NCBI GenBank assembly: GCA_014377775.1
Contig: JACMOW010000248.1
Location: forward strand, 16,966 to 80,965
Direction: 5' to 3'
Length of the DNA stretch: 64,000 bases
From: Pedobacter sp.
Lineage (GTDB): Bacteria > Bacteroidota > Bacteroidia > Sphingobacteriales > Sphingobacteriaceae
Shown here in pieces: positions 17,579 to 27,913 of the stretch. The notes under the pieces are model-generated. The model did not search any database. It saw nothing but the letters and a program-made list of their open reading frames with translations, and had not been told where the DNA came from. Position 1 is the first letter of the stretch, and each line of letters starts with the position of its first letter. A program made the position numbers and the translations under genes.

Positions 17579-20353
17579 ATGATTAAAAGAATTTTCCTCC
17601 TGCTTCTCATCGGATTAGCGTTAACAAATTTAATTTCAGCACAAACAACAAAAAAAGTTTGGCCAACCATAGAGAAACAAATGAAGCCATGGGTACGTTG
17701 GTGGTGGATGGGGAGTGCTGTTGATGAAAAAAATTTAACTAAAAATTTAACATCTTATCAAAAAGCTGGCTTAGGCGGGGTAGAAATCACGCCAATTTAT
17801 GGAGCGGTAGGCTACGAAAGCAAATATATCGATTTTCTATCTCCAAAATGGATGAGTATGTTACAGTTTACCGTCAATAAATCTAATAGTTTAGGTTTAG
17901 GGGTAGATATGAACACGGGTACTGGTTGGCCATTTGGTGGGCCACAGATTAAACCTGAAAATGCAGCGACTAAATTGATCACTCAAAAATATAGCCTCAA
18001 AGAAGGAGAGAAGTTAAACGAAGTAATTAAAGCAAAGGAAGTCAAACAAGAGTTTGCGAAATTGCAGGCATTAACTGCTTATGGAAGCAATGGCGAAATC
18101 TTAAATCTACTAAGCCAAATAGACGAAAAGGGAAATTTAAACTGGTCGCCAGCCAAAGGTAATTACGAAGTTTATGCTCTTTTTGCAGGTAAAACCAGAC
18201 AACAAGTTAAACGTGCCGCACCAGGTGGGGAAGGTTTTACGCTTGATCATTTAGATAGGAACTCAGTTGATGTTTACCTAAAACGATTCGATAATGCTTT
18301 CGCCAATAAACCACAAGGTATACGTTCATTTTTTAACGATAGCTATGAGGTGTACGGTGCCAATTGGACACCCACTTTTTTTGAAGAGTTTAAAAAGCAT
18401 AGGGGATACGATTTAAGAAATTATTTAAAGGAATTGGTAGCTGACGATGGAAACAAAGAAACCATAGCAAGGCTTAAATCAGATTACCGTGAAACCCTAA
18501 ATGATCTTTTATTAAATAACTTCACTAAACATTGGACAACTTGGGCACATAAATATAAATCGTTAAGTAAAAATCAATCGCACGGTTCGCCGGGTAACTT
18601 GTTAGATTTATACAGTGCAGTAGATATTCCAGAAACCGAAACATTTGGTTCGAGTTATTTCCCTATTCCCGGTCTTCGCAGAAATGCAGCTGATGTTCGC
18701 AATGTTAATCCGGACCCAATGATGAGTAAATTTGCCTCATCAGCCGCACATACCACAGGCAAAATGTTAGTTTCATCTGAAACATTTACTTGGTTAACCG
18801 AACATTTTAAAACTTCATTTTCGCAATGTAAACCAGAGGCCGAACAGCTATTCCTTTCGGGTGTTAATCATATTTTTTATCATGGTACATCAAATTCCCC
18901 TGCAGATGCAATTTGGCCAGGTTGGCTTTTTTATGCCTCGGTTCAAATGAATCCTACAAATAGCTTATGGCCTCAAATACAAGGGCTTAATAATTATATT
19001 ACTCGTTGCCAATCAGTACTTCAAGCTGGCAAAGCCGATAATGAATTATTGATCTATTGGCCAGTTTATGATGTTTGGAATAAAGCTAAGGGATTAGACA
19101 TTGCATTAAAAGTACATGATGTCGACGATTGGTTGCATCCGACTCCTTTTTATAAATTGGCAATTAATTTATCGAAAAGTGGATATGCGTTCGATTTTGC
19201 GTCAGATAATTTATTGGCTCAGTCGGCTATAGAAAATAGCTTATTTAAAACAGCCGAAAATTCATCGCCCTATAAAATACTTATTGTGCCAAAATGCGAC
19301 ATGATGAGTTTAAGTACCTTAAATAAAATAATTGAGATGGCCAATGCAGGAGGAACAATTATATTTCAAGAATTGCCTAAAGATGTGCCGGGTTTAAGTA
19401 ATTTATCTTCAAGACAAAACCAATTAAAAATTACCTTAACTAAGTTAAAATTTGTGGAGGTGGCAAATGGTATTAAACAATTAAAAATAGGAAAGGGGCA
19501 GATTTTTCTAGCCAACGACGTTCAAAATGCATTACAATTCAAATCCATAAAAAGAGAAGAATTAACCGATTCTGGATTGCAATTTATCCGCAGAACGATA
19601 GTTGGAGGAAAGTATTATTATGTAGTGAATCATACTTCTGAGCCAATTGATGCCTATTTACCAGTAAATGAGAATGGAAAGGTAATGTTTATGGATCCAC
19701 AAAGTGGTGCATATGGTTTAGCGGCTACAAAATTAGAAAATGGTCAATTTAAAACCAGATTCCAGTTAAAATCAGGCGAAAGCATGGTGTTGAAGATCAC
19801 TAAAGAAAAGCCTTTAATTACTAATTTATGGGCTTATTTAGAAAAGCCAACAAATAGAATAGCACTAACCAATCCTTGGGATTTACATTTTACGGAAGGT
19901 GGACCAGAATTGCCTGCAGATCAGAAATTGGATCAATTAACCTCGTGGATAGATTTAGCAGATATCAAATTACAGTCCTTTTCGGGAACAGGGGTGTATA
20001 CCACGACGTTCAACCTGCCTATTAAAAATGCCAAAGAATACGTACTCAACTTAAATCAGGTTGATGAAAGTGCTCACGTTTATATCAATGGGCAAGATGT
20101 AGGTATATTATGGAGTATTCCGTTTGAGGCAAGAATAGGGAAGTACCTAAAAGCGGGTAATAATTCAATAAAAATTGAAGTGGTAAACTTAATGGCCAAC
20201 CGCATCCGCAATATGGACATTAATAAAATTAAATGGAGAAATTACCACGAAATAAATTTTGTTGATATAAACTATAAAGATTTCGACGCCTCAAATTGGG
20301 ATATTATGCCTTCTGGATTGATTGGTCCTGTTTTTATAACCACTTATAATTAA
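17579..20353 (+). CDS. GH106 alpha-L-rhamnosidase
   Basis: PWVRWWWMG, GGVEITPIYG, GTGWPFGGP, FFNDSYE, SETFTWL; C-terminal sugar-binding domain ending PSGLIGPV. Confidence 0.9.
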   Translation: MIKRIFLLLLIGLALTNLISAQTTKKVWPTIEKQMKPWVRWWWMGSAVDEKNLTKNLTSYQKAGLGGVEITPIYGAVGYESKYIDFLSPKWMSMLQFTVNKSNSLGLGVDMNTGTGWPFGGPQIKPENAATKLITQKYSLKEGEKLNEVIKAKEVKQEFAKLQALTAYGSNGEILNLLSQIDEKGNLNWSPAKGNYEVYALFAGKTRQQVKRAAPGGEGFTLDHLDRNSVDVYLKRFDNAFANKPQGIRSFFNDSYEVYGANWTPTFFEEFKKHRGYDLRNYLKELVADDGNKETIARLKSDYRETLNDLLLNNFTKHWTTWAHKYKSLSKNQSHGSPGNLLDLYSAVDIPETETFGSSYFPIPGLRRNAADVRNVNPDPMMSKFASSAAHTTGKMLVSSETFTWLTEHFKTSFSQCKPEAEQLFLSGVNHIFYHGTSNSPADAIWPGWLFYASVQMNPTNSLWPQIQGLNNYITRCQSVLQAGKADNELLIYWPVYDVWNKAKGLDIALKVHDVDDWLHPTPFYKLAINLSKSGYAFDFASDNLLAQSAIENSLFKTAENSSPYKILIVPKCDMMSLSTLNKIIEMANAGGTIIFQELPKDVPGLSNLSSRQNQLKITLTKLKFVEVANGIKQLKIGKGQIFLANDVQNALQFKSIKREELTDSGLQFIRRTIVGGKYYYVVNHTSEPIDAYLPVNENGKVMFMDPQSGAYGLAATKLENGQFKTRFQLKSGESMVLKITKEKPLITNLWAYLEKPTNRIALTNPWDLHFTEGGPELPADQKLDQLTSWIDLADIKLQSFSGTGVYTTTFNLPIKNAKEYVLNLNQVDESAHVYINGQDVGILWSIPFEARIGKYLKAGNNSIKIEVVNLMANRIRNMDINKIKWRNYHEINFVDINYKDFDASNWDIMPSGLIGPVFITTYN

Positions 20354-20460
20354 TTTTTAGCGCGAATGGGAATGAAAATTAAAAGGTTTTTAATCAACTA
20401 AATCGATTTAAAAGAGTCTTTTTAGTAAAAAAAAATATGATAATATTTTGCAATAAAATG

Positions 20461-20480
20461 ACAGGATAGTACAGGATGGG
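20461..20480 (+). promoter_or_regulatory. RCAGG direct-repeat motif, putative operator
   Basis: ACAGGATAGT-ACAGGATGGG in the AT-rich spacer upstream of the fasciclin/SusCD operon. Confidence 0.55.
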
Positions 20481-20698
20481 GGTTGAAAAATTAAATTTTA
20501 CATTTAAAAAGTCAAAACAATAACAATTAAACCAAATATAATTTAATCCACTGTATGAAATAATTCTACCAGCAATCTGAATCAAATTTTGATTTTACAA
20601 TTCTCGTTGATTAAGAATTTCTAGTTTTTTATTTCAATTTAAATCAAGGTATTTTATTTATTACTAATAAATGCTTTGATTATTTTTTTAAAATTTTT

Positions 20699-20719
20699 TA
20701 ATCGTCAATTTGACGTTTA
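20699..20719. promoter_or_regulatory. 21-bp palindrome, putative NrtR-family operator (GT-N7-AC)
   Basis: TAATCGTCAATTTGACGTTTA with perfect core CGTCAA-T-TTGACG; similar copies at 20936 and 59909. Confidence 0.6.
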
Positions 20720-20910
20720 TTTATTTGAACATAATTTAAAAAAGAAACATAATAACCCCTTAACTAAATATAAACTAACGTCGTTATTACTAAGTATGAA
20801 ATAAAATCTACGCCTATCTTAATTTATTTTGTTTTTACAGGTCTTTTTGATAGGTGCTGATGGTATCTTTTATGCTTGAGGTGATAGTCGTTTTATTCAA
20901 TAAAATTGCT

Positions 20911-23133
20911 ATGATTAAATTTGTGTTAAAACCTTTAATCGTCATATTGACGCTTATTTTTTTTCTAACTGGCTGCAGGAAAAAGGAATTTGATGAATTT
21001 TATGGAAGACCCGAAACACTTGGAGATCCTATTTATCAACAACTTCAAGGAAAGGGAACTTTCACGAAGTTCTTGGATTGTGTGGATAAAGCGGGTTATA
21101 AGGAAACCTTAAGTGCCGCAGGCTCATTCACCGTTTTTGCGCCAAATGATGCTGCTTTTGCAACTTATATGGTAGAAAATGGCCTATCGGCAATTAGTGT
21201 CGACTTAGCGTCTGCTATTGTTAGATATGCGATGAGTTATGACGGTGAGAAAATTGAACGTTTAAGTGATAATTTAACGGCTAAGGGGTTTATAAAAAAT
21301 GTAGGTTTTAGGCGTCGAACGGTTTATTATGATTTTGTTTATGATGGTGTAGATGTTGATGGGAAAGCCATTAAAGTGATTGCATCAAACCGTAACGGAG
21401 CTTACTTAGCTGCAGATTTTAACAGCAAAAACATTCCTTTTTTCTTAAGTCCGTTTATGGGCTTCACTGGTATTTCTGCGATAGATTATAATTATTTCTA
21501 CCCAAATACAGCTTTTACAGGGAAAAATGTAGGTGGGGCAAAAATAATTGAACAAGATATCGTTGCCGAAAATGGAGTTATTCATATTATTGATAAGGTT
21601 TTAACACCACCTCAAAGCATTGATCAATATGTAAATTCAAAACCTCAATACAGTGTATTCAAATTTTTATTGGATAAATATGTTACCTATCAATTAAATA
21701 CAGAAATCACAAATCGTTATCGAATATTAACTGGAAAGGGGGATAATGTATATGTGAAGAGTTATAGTGCGCTGTTGCCATTTTCACCAAATAACGAGAA
21801 CTATCTAAAACTTGACGCAAATGATGCACAAGCAGGAATGTACACCATTTTTGCACCTACAGATGCCGCTGTACAAGAATATTCAAAGGTGCTACTTAAG
21901 TATTACAGTAAAGTCTTAAAACCTGGTACTTATAAAGAACAACTGAGCGAGCTTTACTCAATAAGACCAGATATTATTAGAGAATTTATAAACGCTCACC
22001 TATTTGTAAATCCGGTTTGGCCAAGTAAGTTTATAACAACTCCGAATTCATTAAATGAAGTAACTAAACTATCTCCATCTAATGTAGTTGATAAACAGTT
22101 TTTAAGTAATGGATTTCTATATGGTGTAAATGCTGCTCAAAATTCAAATGGATTTGCCACTGTGTATGGTAAGGTGAATTTAGACCCAACCTTCAAAATT
22201 ATGAAGCAGGCACTCGATTTTTTTGGTTATGCCATTCCTCCAAAAACAGCTTCATTAAAATATGTGCTCATACCCATTCCTGATGCCACATTAGTTAGTT
22301 TAGGTTATTCTTACGATCCGTTTTTCCCTTCAGCACCGATAAGAGGAGATGTTGTTGCGCTTAGAAGAATAATACAAAGCCATATCATTCCATTAGGAGA
22401 TCGTGCTGTCCCTAATTTTGCTGGCTCTTCTGGTATTTTGGAAACCTCAAATGGAGAATACATTAAATATACCAATGGTAGATTTTCATCGGCAGGTACC
22501 GAAGATAATGTAGTTGTATCTGACCAAACTGTACTCATGGACTCGATAGCAACTGCAATTAATGGAGTGGATACCTATGTTTCAAAAATCTTAATGAATA
22601 CCATTTTGCCAGTAAGTAAGCACATTGAAAAAAATGGAACGCTTCCTACAGATCCATATTATGCATTTTGGCAATACCTTAAAGGTAATGGTAACTTATA
22701 CAATGCAACTAACGGCGCAATACAGGGTGTAACTGATGGAACAAGTTATACGATTTTTATACCTACCAATGCGGCTATTCAGGCTGCTGTAAATGCTGGT
22801 TTATTGCCTAAGCTAGCAAATGGTTCACCAAATTTTACAACTACAAATGCTGTAGAAATCAGTTTAGTAGCAAAATTTCTTCAATGTCATATTATTAAAA
22901 ATACTGTGGTAAGCGATGGACAAAAAACTGGTTCATTTGAAAGTCTACTTAAAAACGATTCTGGTGATCCAGTAAAGGTTACAATTACTACAAATACAAC
23001 ATCATCACTAACCTTAAGAGATGTGACAAATACCACAGTTAATGTATTGTTAGGTCCAACAGATAAGAGTAATGTACTCTCGAACAGAACGGTTATCCAT
23101 CAAATTAACACTTATTTAAAATATCAATTTTAA
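20911..23133 (+). CDS. Multi-fasciclin (FAS1) domain lipoprotein
   Basis: ATG 20911 gives MIKF...FLTGC lipobox. FAS1 H1-like motifs TVFAPND, TIFAPTD, TIFIPTN; H2-like ENGVIHIIDKVL and VIHQINTYL. Confidence 0.85.
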   Translation: MIKFVLKPLIVILTLIFFLTGCRKKEFDEFYGRPETLGDPIYQQLQGKGTFTKFLDCVDKAGYKETLSAAGSFTVFAPNDAAFATYMVENGLSAISVDLASAIVRYAMSYDGEKIERLSDNLTAKGFIKNVGFRRRTVYYDFVYDGVDVDGKAIKVIASNRNGAYLAADFNSKNIPFFLSPFMGFTGISAIDYNYFYPNTAFTGKNVGGAKIIEQDIVAENGVIHIIDKVLTPPQSIDQYVNSKPQYSVFKFLLDKYVTYQLNTEITNRYRILTGKGDNVYVKSYSALLPFSPNNENYLKLDANDAQAGMYTIFAPTDAAVQEYSKVLLKYYSKVLKPGTYKEQLSELYSIRPDIIREFINAHLFVNPVWPSKFITTPNSLNEVTKLSPSNVVDKQFLSNGFLYGVNAAQNSNGFATVYGKVNLDPTFKIMKQALDFFGYAIPPKTASLKYVLIPIPDATLVSLGYSYDPFFPSAPIRGDVVALRRIIQSHIIPLGDRAVPNFAGSSGILETSNGEYIKYTNGRFSSAGTEDNVVVSDQTVLMDSIATAINGVDTYVSKILMNTILPVSKHIEKNGTLPTDPYYAFWQYLKGNGNLYNATNGAIQGVTDGTSYTIFIPTNAAIQAAVNAGLLPKLANGSPNFTTTNAVEISLVAKFLQCHIIKNTVVSDGQKTGSFESLLKNDSGDPVKVTITTNTTSSLTLRDVTNTTVNVLLGPTDKSNVLSNRTVIHQINTYLKYQF
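20936..20956. promoter_or_regulatory. Second 21-bp GT-N7-AC palindrome, inside the signal-peptide coding region
   Basis: TAATCGTCATATTGACGCTTA; 18/21 identical to the 20699 site. Confidence 0.5.
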
Positions 23134-26100
23134 TGAAGAAGGTCTCAATAAATAAAAAGTATACACGCGGTATATTCATTTTGATTTGCTGTTTATTCAT
23201 GTCTATTTTAACAAAAGCGCAAACTCAAACGGTACGTGGTAGAATTATCGATAAAAGTGATAAACAACCAGTTGTTGGAGCTTCTGTGGTTTTGATTGAT
23301 AAAGATCGTAGGGTGGTTAGAGGAGTTGCATCAGATATTAATGGAAACTATGTACTTCAAGTGGCAGATAAAAGCTATCGCATCATGGTATCTTATTTGG
23401 GTTTCAATCCTACTGCGCCAGTGGCAATAGATAAGCCTGTAATTAACTTTCAGTTAGAACCTTCTTCCAGTACCATGAACGAAGTTGAAATTATAGGGAG
23501 AGTAAAAACAGGAAATGGAAGTGGCATGCAAATCGATAAACGAGATCAAACTTCATCAACAGTTACCATTGATGCCAAAGAACTAGAAGATATGCAAGCT
23601 GCATCAATTGATCAAGCTTTACAAGGCAGAATGGCAGGGGTTGATATTACCGCTAGCACCGGCGATCCCGGTGCGCCAATGCAAATACGTATTCGTGGTA
23701 CATCGTCTATTAATGGCGCAACCGATCCATTAATTGTTTTAGATGGTATGCCATATGATATTACCATCCCATCTGATTTTAATTTTGCTACCTCAGATGA
23801 AAATAACTATGGTCAACTCTTAAATATTGCACCATCAGATATTAAAGAAATTAGCGTGTTAAAAGATGCAGCTGCAACTGCAATTTGGGGTTCAAGAGCC
23901 GCTAACGGCGTTCTGGTAATCACCACTAAAAGAGGGTCAATTGGTCCTCCAGCTATCGCTTACAACTCTAAATTCTCTTATTCTAAACAGCCTGGTCCAA
24001 TTCCAATGCTTAATGGAAATCAATATTCATCGTTAGTATTAGAAGAATTTTATAATGCTAGTCGCCAATTCTCCACTACAGAGTCTGCTAAACAATTCCA
24101 ATACGATAAAAACGACCCCTATAACTACTACAATTTTAGCAATAACACAAATTGGTTAGATGCGATAACTCAAACTGGATTTTTACAAGATCACAATCTT
24201 TCCATTTCTGGTGGTGGCGAAAAGGCCAGATATCGTGCTTCTGTAAATTATTTTCAAAATAGAGGTACAACCATTGGAACAGATTTAGGTCGTATATCGG
24301 CAAGAGTAAACTTAGATTATACCGTTTCTGATAAAATTAGATTTAGCTCTGATATCTCTTATACACATATTGATCGACAAGATTTATTTACCAGTGTAAT
24401 TAGAGACGTTGCTTATAATAAAATGCCAAATCAAAGTATTTATGAATACGATGAATATGGTAATATAACACCAAATTATTTTAGTCCTGCTTCAACAGCG
24501 CAGGGAAGTTTTTTTTATGATTTTGACAGAAAAAGAGTTAGTGGGACATTTAACCCTGTTGCAATGGCAAATGCTGCCAATAATCACCAATTGGGTGAGC
24601 GTATTACACCAAAATTTAGTTTGCAATACCAAATTATTCCAGAGCGTTTACGCTTAAATGGAAGTTTTATGGTAGACATTAACAACTCGAAGACGAAAAT
24701 GTTTTTGCCTCAAATTGCAACAGGTAGACCATTTACCGAAGCTGTTGTAAATAATGCTTCTGATGGTGATGGTGATTCATTTAGTATGACTACCAGTATG
24801 ACCTTAGCATATACGCCGAAAATGAGTAAAAATCACGATATTATTGCTTTCATGCGTTTTGATAGTAATGATAGCCGTAGAACAGGTCAGTATTTATTCT
24901 CGTCCAATTCTGCTTCATCTTATCTATCTGATCCTTCAATTGATAGTCGTACTAATTATGCGGGTTCTGCAAGTTCTTCTTTTAGTCAAACAAGGTCAGT
25001 TGGTTTATTGGCCAATGTTCAATACAAATATTTAGATCGTTATATTATTAATGGAAGTATTAGGGGTGATGGTAACTCTAGATTTGGATCTCAAAATCGA
25101 TATGGTCTTTTCCCTTCAGTTTCTGGAAGATGGAGAATTTCTGGAGAAAATTTCATGAAGAAAACCACGAAGTATGTAAACGATTTAAGCTTGAGAGCGA
25201 GTTATGGTAAAAGTGGAAACGTTCCCCGTAACGATTATAGCTACTTTAACATTTATCAAAATTACGGTTTCAGTTATTTAGATAATGCTGGCGTTTACTC
25301 TACCAATATGGAGCTTACCGATTTGAGATGGGAAACGGTAACCCAATCAAATGTAGGATTAACCTTAAACATGTTTAAGAATAGAATAATGTTCGATTTC
25401 GATTTATATCGTAAGCGTACAACCGATCTTTTCTTTTCCAATCCAGGGCTTTCCATTGCAAATTACAACGGATTCAGTACAGTTGATATGAATGTGGGTA
25501 CACTAGATAATCAAGGGTGGGAAGTTAACATCAACGCAGTTTTGGTTAAAACAAAAAAAGTAAGAGTAGACTTTGGATTTAATATTGCTAAAAACGAGAA
25601 TATCATTAGAGAAGTTTCTCCACTTTATCCTAGAGAAAACAAAGGGAGAGTAACTGATAATAATGTGTATAAAGTATTTATACAAGAAAATAATCCTTTT
25701 GGATCTTTTTATGGCTTCAAGTTTAGAGGAGTTTACAAAGACAGAGAGGCAACTATTGCAACTGACCAAACTGGAAATCAAATTATCGGGCCAAATGGGG
25801 ATAAAATTTATATGCGTTTTGCCTATCCTTCTATCGATTATGTTTTCCAACCCGGCGATTCGATGTATGAAGATGTTAATCATGATGGAAATATTGATTA
25901 CAAAGATATTGTGTACTTAGGTAACGGTAACCCAAAGTTATCAGGTGGTTTTGGGAGTAAAATCACCGTTAATGGAAATATGTCATTGGGCTTAAATTTC
26001 TCTTATCGCTATGGAAATGATATCATTAACGGTACAAAAATAACCACAACAAATATGTCTGGTTACAACAATCAAAGTACCGCAGTGCTTCGCCGTTGGA

Positions 26101-26429
26101 AGAAAGAGGGTGATGTAACTGATATACCAAGAGCACTATTTGGTGGAGGTTACAACTGGTTAGGATCAGACAGGTATATTGAAGATGGATCTTTTTTACG
26201 ATTAAGATCAGTTGTATTAAAGTATGATTTTGCTAAAAATTTGATGAAAAGAATAGGGATAAAATCGTTAAGTACAAACTTAACACTTGAAAATATATTC
26301 ACATTTACAAAATATACTGGGCAAGATCCAGAAGTTCGAATTAGCTTGAATGGCTTTAATACCGTAATCGACAACAGTACAACACCGCCAATCAAAACAG
26401 TGACTTTAGGTTTAACAGCCAATTTTTAA
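23133..26429 (+). CDS. SusC/RagA TonB-dependent outer-membrane transporter
   Basis: N-terminal carboxypeptidase-regulatory-like domain; plug motif LKDAAATAIWGSRAANGVLVITTKRG; LRWET; IEDGSFLRL; terminal Phe. Confidence 0.95.
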   Translation: MKKVSINKKYTRGIFILICCLFMSILTKAQTQTVRGRIIDKSDKQPVVGASVVLIDKDRRVVRGVASDINGNYVLQVADKSYRIMVSYLGFNPTAPVAIDKPVINFQLEPSSSTMNEVEIIGRVKTGNGSGMQIDKRDQTSSTVTIDAKELEDMQAASIDQALQGRMAGVDITASTGDPGAPMQIRIRGTSSINGATDPLIVLDGMPYDITIPSDFNFATSDENNYGQLLNIAPSDIKEISVLKDAAATAIWGSRAANGVLVITTKRGSIGPPAIAYNSKFSYSKQPGPIPMLNGNQYSSLVLEEFYNASRQFSTTESAKQFQYDKNDPYNYYNFSNNTNWLDAITQTGFLQDHNLSISGGGEKARYRASVNYFQNRGTTIGTDLGRISARVNLDYTVSDKIRFSSDISYTHIDRQDLFTSVIRDVAYNKMPNQSIYEYDEYGNITPNYFSPASTAQGSFFYDFDRKRVSGTFNPVAMANAANNHQLGERITPKFSLQYQIIPERLRLNGSFMVDINNSKTKMFLPQIATGRPFTEAVVNNASDGDGDSFSMTTSMTLAYTPKMSKNHDIIAFMRFDSNDSRRTGQYLFSSNSASSYLSDPSIDSRTNYAGSASSSFSQTRSVGLLANVQYKYLDRYIINGSIRGDGNSRFGSQNRYGLFPSVSGRWRISGENFMKKTTKYVNDLSLRASYGKSGNVPRNDYSYFNIYQNYGFSYLDNAGVYSTNMELTDLRWETVTQSNVGLTLNMFKNRIMFDFDLYRKRTTDLFFSNPGLSIANYNGFSTVDMNVGTLDNQGWEVNINAVLVKTKKVRVDFGFNIAKNENIIREVSPLYPRENKGRVTDNNVYKVFIQENNPFGSFYGFKFRGVYKDREATIATDQTGNQIIGPNGDKIYMRFAYPSIDYVFQPGDSMYEDVNHDGNIDYKDIVYLGNGNPKLSGGFGSKITVNGNMSLGLNFSYRYGNDIINGTKITTTNMSGYNNQSTAVLRRWKKEGDVTDIPRALFGGGYNWLGSDRYIEDGSFLRLRSVVLKYDFAKNLMKRIGIKSLSTNLTLENIFTFTKYTGQDPEVRISLNGFNTVIDNSTTPPIKTVTLGLTANF

Positions 26430-26441
26430 TCAGAACGAAAC

Positions 26442-27908
26442 ATGAAACGAATTATATATAGTATTGGTGTATTTACACTATTAGTTCTAGGAACTTCGTG
26501 TAAAAAGTGGCTCGATTTAGAACCGCGCGATGGAATCACGAATAAAGAATTTTGGAATACAAAAGAAGACGTTTCTGCAGCTTTAGCTGGTTGTTACGCT
26601 TCATTTTTGGCGCCACCTCCTGGAGTTGGCGATCGATCGCTGCTCGAATACATGTTCATTTATGGAGAAATTCGTGCTGATATGGTAAGCGCCGGCCCAT
26701 TTATGACTTCAGAAGAAATAGACATCAGGAATGTAAATATTGTAGCAAGTAATACTTTTACCAGATGGGCATCATTTTACCGTACTATTAATTATTGTAA
26801 TACCATATTGGATTTTGCTCCAGGTGCTAAAACTAATGATCCAACATTTACTGATGCTACTTTAAATGCATATACTGCCGAAGCCCTTACCTTAAGAAGC
26901 ATGATGTATTTCTATTTGATTCGAACCTTTGGGGATGTTCCGTTAAAATTAACATCAACAGCTAAAGACACTGATTTAAAAGAGATCGGTAAAACCAAAC
27001 AAGCAGATGTATTAAAGCAAATTATAGCCGATCTAAAAAAGGCAGAACAGGGAGCCGTTATTACCTATGGTAGCACCAAATTAGATAAAGGTCGAGTAAC
27101 TAAATATACGGTTAATGCATTATTGGCTGACGTGTATTTATGGATGGAAAATTACACAGATTGTTTGACAGAGTGCCAAAAGGTAATCGACTCACAGCGT
27201 TTTGTGTATGTTAACGCAAACTCTGCTTGGTATAACAATGTTTTTTTTAGAGGAACCTCAACAGAAACAATCTTTGAGTTAGATCAACCGATAGGAAATC
27301 CATTTTTAACGTTACTAGCGCTTGGTACACGTCGTTACGTTGCATCTCCATTTGTATCATCAGAAATATTTGTTCCAGATAATGTGGATCCAGATAGAAT
27401 ATTTGACATCAGAGATGATGCATTTTACAATTCATCTTTTACTATTTTAAAATATGGTACGGAAAATCCATCTTATGTAAAATGGCAAGCCTATAGAATA
27501 TCTGATATCATGCTGATGAAAGCAGAGGCGTTGGCATTAACGGGAAATGGTATTGGTGCATTAGCCATAATTGATGAATTAAGGCTAAAACGTTTGGCAG
27601 TTATTGCAACACAAATGATTGTTGATCCAAACGACCAAGAAGCAGTTTGTGATTATGTTTTAGCAGAACGTGCCAGAGAATTCGCTTTTGAAGGTAAACG
27701 TTGGTTTGATGTCTTGCGCCATGCAAAACGTAATAACTATAGTAGATTAAATATTTTGTTGGATATGGTTGCAAAAACAGTTACACCAACCTTGCAACAA
27801 TCCGCAATTACCAAATTTAGAGATCCTAATAGTCATTATCTGCCAATATTTGAAACTGAGCTTTTTTCAGATAGTAAACTTAAACAGAATCCATTTTACA
27901 ATAAATAA
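26442..27908 (+). CDS. SusD/RagB family lipoprotein
   Basis: LGTSC lipobox; FGDVPL; ERAREFAFEGKRWFD; QNPFY terminus. Confidence 0.93.
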   Translation: MKRIIYSIGVFTLLVLGTSCKKWLDLEPRDGITNKEFWNTKEDVSAALAGCYASFLAPPPGVGDRSLLEYMFIYGEIRADMVSAGPFMTSEEIDIRNVNIVASNTFTRWASFYRTINYCNTILDFAPGAKTNDPTFTDATLNAYTAEALTLRSMMYFYLIRTFGDVPLKLTSTAKDTDLKEIGKTKQADVLKQIIADLKKAEQGAVITYGSTKLDKGRVTKYTVNALLADVYLWMENYTDCLTECQKVIDSQRFVYVNANSAWYNNVFFRGTSTETIFELDQPIGNPFLTLLALGTRRYVASPFVSSEIFVPDNVDPDRIFDIRDDAFYNSSFTILKYGTENPSYVKWQAYRISDIMLMKAEALALTGNGIGALAIIDELRLKRLAVIATQMIVDPNDQEAVCDYVLAERAREFAFEGKRWFDVLRHAKRNNYSRLNILLDMVAKTVTPTLQQSAITKFRDPNSHYLPIFETELFSDSKLKQNPFYNK

Positions 27909-27913
27909 TTGAT

